In this document: positions 58,892 through 62,159 of the stretch, in pieces
Numbering within the stretch: position 1 is the first letter of the stretch
How the letters are laid out: every line of letters begins with the position of its first letter
From: Burkholderiales bacterium
GTDB taxonomy: Bacteria > Pseudomonadota > Gammaproteobacteria > Burkholderiales > SG8-41
Assembly (NCBI GenBank): GCA_038106575.1
Contig: JAYOED010000006.1
Span: forward strand, 1 to 62,159
Reading direction: 5' to 3'
DNA length: 62,159 nucleotides
Program-made: the position numbers and the translations under genes
Notes under the pieces: model-generated
Seen by the model: only the letters and a program-made list of their open reading frames with translations
What the model was told of the DNA's origin: nothing
The model's database searches: none

Positions 58892-59530
58892 ATGTTCATG
58901 ATTTTGAAAGCTATTTTCTTGCGCTTCACGCTGCTGTTCGCCACCCTCCTGCCGGTTGCCGGTCATGGCCAGTACGCTCCGGCGCCTCTGCCCAAACCGA
59001 TTCCCGGTACCGCGATCGCCACTTTTGGCGGCGGCTGCTTCTGGTGCGTAGAGGAAGCTTTCGATATAGTGCCTGGGGTGCTGTCCACCACCTCCGGTTA
59101 CATGGGCGGACACATCAGGAATCCATCCTATCCCATGGTTTCCACCGGCGACACCGGACACAACGAGGTGGTGCAGGTAGTCTACGATCCGGCGAAAGTG
59201 AACTACACGCAATTGCTCAACGCCTTCTGGCGCAACATCGACCCCACCCAATTCAACGGACAATTCTGTGACCACGGTTCACAATACCGTAGCGAAATCT
59301 TTTATCACAACGAAGAACAGCGCAAGGCTGCCGAAGCTTCGAAAGTGGCGCTGATGAAAAACAAACCATTCAAGGGTGAAATCCGCACCCTGATCACCCG
59401 TGCCTCCGATTTTTATCCCGCCGAGACCTATCATCAGGACTACTACAAGAAAAACCCGCTGCGCTACAAGTACTACAAGACAAGCTGCGGAAGAGCGGAT
59501 CAGTTGAAGGACATCTGGAAAACCCGTTGA
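58892..59530 (+). CDS. msrA: peptide-methionine (S)-S-oxide reductase, exported paralog
   Basis: 212 aa, with an N-terminal signal-like segment (ILKAIFLRFTLLFATLLPVAGHG) followed by the GGGCFWC core. Confidence 0.85.
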   Translation: MFMILKAIFLRFTLLFATLLPVAGHGQYAPAPLPKPIPGTAIATFGGGCFWCVEEAFDIVPGVLSTTSGYMGGHIRNPSYPMVSTGDTGHNEVVQVVYDPAKVNYTQLLNAFWRNIDPTQFNGQFCDHGSQYRSEIFYHNEEQRKAAEASKVALMKNKPFKGEIRTLITRASDFYPAETYHQDYYKKNPLRYKYYKTSCGRADQLKDIWKTR

Positions 59531-59558
59531 TGTCGCGGATTAGGGTGACGCGAAACGC

Positions 59559-60695
59559 ATGAAACGCCGCCTGCTGCTGATTGGCGGCGGCCACAGCCAC
59601 GTCGAAGTTATCCGCCGCTGGAGGCTGGCACCAGAGCCTGACGTCATAGTCACCCTAGTCAGCCCCGACAGGCATACGCCTTATTCAGGCATGCTGCCGG
59701 GCTTCATTGCCGGGCATTACGTTCATGCCGACTGCCATATCGATCTTGATGCACTGTGTGCGGCGGCGGGGGTCACGCGAATTGCTACCACCGTAAACTT
59801 TCTCGATCTGCAAGCCCGCGCTGCTTGCTGCGAACAAGGGCAGGACCAGCCTTTCGATCTGCTGTCCATCGACACCGGCTCCACACCGGTTACTGCCCCT
59901 ATCCCCGGCGCGACGGAACACGGCATCGCCATCAAGCCGGTTGCGGCATTTGTCGAACGCTGGGACCGGTTGCGGGAAAAGGCGCAGCAACCGTTGCACA
60001 TCGCGGTTGTCGGTGCCGGCGCCGCCGGCGTCGAAGTGATCCTTGCCATGCACCACCGCATTGCTGCAGACGGCGGCCACGCTCGCTTCACGCTGATCGG
60101 AAATGAGCCGGTCATACTGGGCATACATCCTCGTGGGGTTCAGCGCCGCTTCGAGCGCGCCCTGCATGAGCGTGGCATTAGCCTGCTGGCGGGTACCGCA
60201 GTGTCACGGGCCGAAGCAGGTGTGTTGGTGCTCAACGGCAGCGAGCGCCTATCTTGCGATGAAACCGTATGGATTACCGGTGCGGCGGCACCTGCATGGC
60301 TGCGCGCAAGCGGTCTGCGCACCGACGGCGCCGGATTCATCCTGGTCGACCGCCACCTGCAGTCGCTTTCACATCCGAAAATATTCGCCGCAGGCGACGT
60401 TGCCACCATGGCCGAAACCCCGCATCCGAAATCCGGCGTCTACGCCGTACGTCACGGTCCGGTGCTGACCGAAAACCTGCGTCGTGCACTGCGCGGTGAA
60501 CCCATGACCGTTTACAGCCCACAGACAATTTCCCTGGCGCTGATCAGCGCCGGCAAACGTCACGCCGTGGCCTCCTACGGACCATTCGCGTTCGGCGGAG
60601 ACTGGGTGTGGCGGTGGAAGGACCGCATCGACAGGCAATTCATGGGTCGCTATGTCGGAATTTCCGGTCCTCCCGGAGAAAAAAATAACCTGTAG
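59559..60695 (+). CDS. FAD-dependent pyridine nucleotide-disulfide oxidoreductase family protein
   Basis: 378 aa, with LLLIGGGHSH and VVGAGAAGVE dinucleotide-binding motifs plus TPYSGMLPG and IFAAGD. Confidence 0.8.
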   Translation: MKRRLLLIGGGHSHVEVIRRWRLAPEPDVIVTLVSPDRHTPYSGMLPGFIAGHYVHADCHIDLDALCAAAGVTRIATTVNFLDLQARAACCEQGQDQPFDLLSIDTGSTPVTAPIPGATEHGIAIKPVAAFVERWDRLREKAQQPLHIAVVGAGAAGVEVILAMHHRIAADGGHARFTLIGNEPVILGIHPRGVQRRFERALHERGISLLAGTAVSRAEAGVLVLNGSERLSCDETVWITGAAAPAWLRASGLRTDGAGFILVDRHLQSLSHPKIFAAGDVATMAETPHPKSGVYAVRHGPVLTENLRRALRGEPMTVYSPQTISLALISAGKRHAVASYGPFAFGGDWVWRWKDRIDRQFMGRYVGISGPPGEKNNL

Positions 60696-60906
60696 TTTTA
60701 ATTATGGGCTTTGGAAGCAAACGCGACTCTAGACGCCTTGCTCTGAGTAACTTTAACAACGCCAGATAGATCAACTCCGGTATCGTCAACTCAATCGACA
60801 GTGAACGCCATCGCCCCCCATTACACCCAGTCGCACCCAACACCAGAAACCACACCAGCCCCATGCACAATGCCCACAGCACGATTCACCTAGAATGTGC
60901 ACCACT

Positions 60907-60944
60907 GCGGGTGTCGTTCAATGGTAGGACTCTTACTTCCTAAG
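60907..60944 (+). other. tRNA-Gly-like 5' fragment (no T-arm or 3' half)
   Basis: GCGGGTGTCGTTCAATGGTAGGAC resembles the acceptor 5' strand and D-arm of bacterial tRNA-Gly. It is followed by a CTTCCTA loop-like segment (anticodon TCC). No GGTTCGA T-arm follows. Confidence 0.3.
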
Positions 60945-60955
60945 CACCTTAATAC

Positions 60956-62155
60956 TTATTGAATGGTCACGCGCGCGAACTTACGCTTGCCGACCTGAAG
61001 TACCACGTTCGTACCACGCTCGAGTTTCAGTGACTTGTCGCTGATTTTCTCGCCATCCATCCTGACACCGCCCTGCGCGAGCATGCGCAGCGCATCGGAT
61101 GTGCTTGGTGTCAGCCCCGCCTGCTTTAGCACCGCCGCGATTGGTAATCCGCCACTATCGGCAACCAATTTCACCTCCGGCAGATCAGCGGGAATCTCAT
61201 CGCGGCTGAATCGCGCCTCGAAATCGGCGAGAGCCCTGCGCGCAGCATCTGTACCATGAAAACGACCAACGATCTCCAGCGCAAATGCCACCTTGATGTC
61301 CCGCGGATTGCGTCCCGCTTTCACTTCATCTCGCCAGCCACGAGTAGTTTGCAATGGCTCAAACGACAGCAGCTCAATGTATTTCCACATCAGTTCGTCG
61401 GAAACCGACATCAGCTTGCCGAAGATCTCGTTCGGTGGCTCCTGGATGCCGACGTAATTGTTCATGGATTTGGACATCTTATTGACACCGTCCAGTCCTT
61501 CGAGCAACGGCATGGTCAGTATGCATTGCGGCGGCCGCCCATTCTGCTTCTGCAGTTCGCGCCCCATCAGCAGGTTAAATTTCTGGTCAGTGCCGCCAAG
61601 TTCGACGTCAGCTTTCAGCGCCACCGAGTCGTAGCCCTGTACCAGCGGATAGAGGAATTCGTGAATCGCGATCGGCTGGTTGCCACGGTAGCGCTTGGAA
61701 AAATCATCGCGCTCGAGCATGCGCGCGACGGTATGCGTAGCCGCGAGCCGGATCATATCGACGGCACTCATCTTGTCCATCCATGCCGAGTTGAACACGA
61801 CCTCGGTGCGCGACCGGTCGAGAATCCTGAATACCTGCTCGGTATAGGTCTTGGCGTTGCGTGCAACTTCGTCACGCGTCAACGGCGGACGCGTTGCATT
61901 CTTGCCGGTCGGATCTCCGATCATCCCGGTGAAGTCTCCGATCAGGAACAGGATGTGATGCCCGAGTTCCTGAAACTGGCGCAGCTTGTTGATTAGCACG
62001 GTATGACCGAGATGTAGGTCAGGTGCTGTCGGATCGAAGCCCGCTTTGATACGCAACGGCCGCCCCGCCTCAAGCTTAGTGCGTAATTCCGTTTCCAGCA
62101 GCAATTCGTCACACCCGCGGCGGATGATCTCGATTTGCTCGGCGATTGTGGTCAT
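60956..62155 (-). CDS. tyrS: tyrosyl-tRNA synthetase
   Basis: 399 aa, with the class I motifs HLGH and KMSKS and a C-terminal S4-like domain. Confidence 0.9.
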   Translation of the reverse strand: MTTIAEQIEIIRRGCDELLLETELRTKLEAGRPLRIKAGFDPTAPDLHLGHTVLINKLRQFQELGHHILFLIGDFTGMIGDPTGKNATRPPLTRDEVARNAKTYTEQVFRILDRSRTEVVFNSAWMDKMSAVDMIRLAATHTVARMLERDDFSKRYRGNQPIAIHEFLYPLVQGYDSVALKADVELGGTDQKFNLLMGRELQKQNGRPPQCILTMPLLEGLDGVNKMSKSMNNYVGIQEPPNEIFGKLMSVSDELMWKYIELLSFEPLQTTRGWRDEVKAGRNPRDIKVAFALEIVGRFHGTDAARRALADFEARFSRDEIPADLPEVKLVADSGGLPIAAVLKQAGLTPSTSDALRMLAQGGVRMDGEKISDKSLKLERGTNVVLQVGKRKFARVTIQ

Positions 62156-62159
62156 GCAC

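Noticed and set aside
57181-59530. Possibility that one of the two MsrA genes, or the YHS-domain gene at 53833..54404, is a selenoprotein.
   Set aside because: Both MsrA active sites read GGGCFWC with ordinary Cys codons. The YHS remnant has TGT (Cys) in GGFCASG, and its in-frame stops are TAG and TAA, not TGA.
60640-60882. 80-aa minus-strand ORF with a hydrophobic, lipobox-like N-terminus (LVLGATGC).
   Set aside because: It overlaps the 3' end of the FAD oxidoreductase gene, lies in a low-GC spacer, and has no RBS or recognisable family. It is probably spurious.

Overview
This is a GC-rich chromosomal segment, probably from a betaproteobacterium of the Burkholderiales type. That guess rests on three Bug/TctC-family solute receptors, a SWIB-domain protein and a tandem UvrA-like gene. 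Housekeeping genes frame the window: glnS (partial), ettA, dinB, pdxH, fbp, two msrA and tyrS. Between them lie catabolic clusters: three TauD/TfdA dioxygenases, two RraA-like proteins, two sulfatases, and aconitase with PrpD-family, ICL/PEP-mutase-family and enolase-superfamily enzymes, plus racemases and a D-aminoacylase.

The main result is four in-frame TGA codons that look like selenocysteine codons rather than stops.
- Three of them (5247, 9823-9825 on the minus strand, 19792-19794 on the minus strand) sit in a conserved U-G-S-C motif of three paralogous proteins.
- Each of these TGAs is followed 11-17 nt later by a GC-rich hairpin with GU in its loop, which resembles a bacterial SECIS element.
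- The UGSC module is always paired with a roughly 350-aa domain of unknown function carrying a DGLP(V/I)xPPT motif. The pair is encoded as two genes at 3905-5498 and as single fused genes at 8386-10116 and 18403-20103.
- Each pair is translationally coupled (ATGA or TGATG overlaps) to a different enzyme: a racemase-fold protein that lacks the usual catalytic cysteines, a four-domain rhodanese, and a D-aminoacylase.
- The fourth TGA (23154-23156, minus strand) lies in a U-x-x-C redox motif of a glutaredoxin-like domain fused to a DinB/YfiT-like domain.

The window also contains decayed genes. These are remnants of an HD-GYP protein and a carbamate kinase, a YHS-domain lipoprotein gene with two nonsense codons and a frameshift, and a DUF72 gene with an in-frame TAA.

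I saw no CRISPR array, transposase, integrase or intact RNA gene. All assignments come from reading the sequence and recalling family motifs. No database search, HMM search or RNA folding was run.
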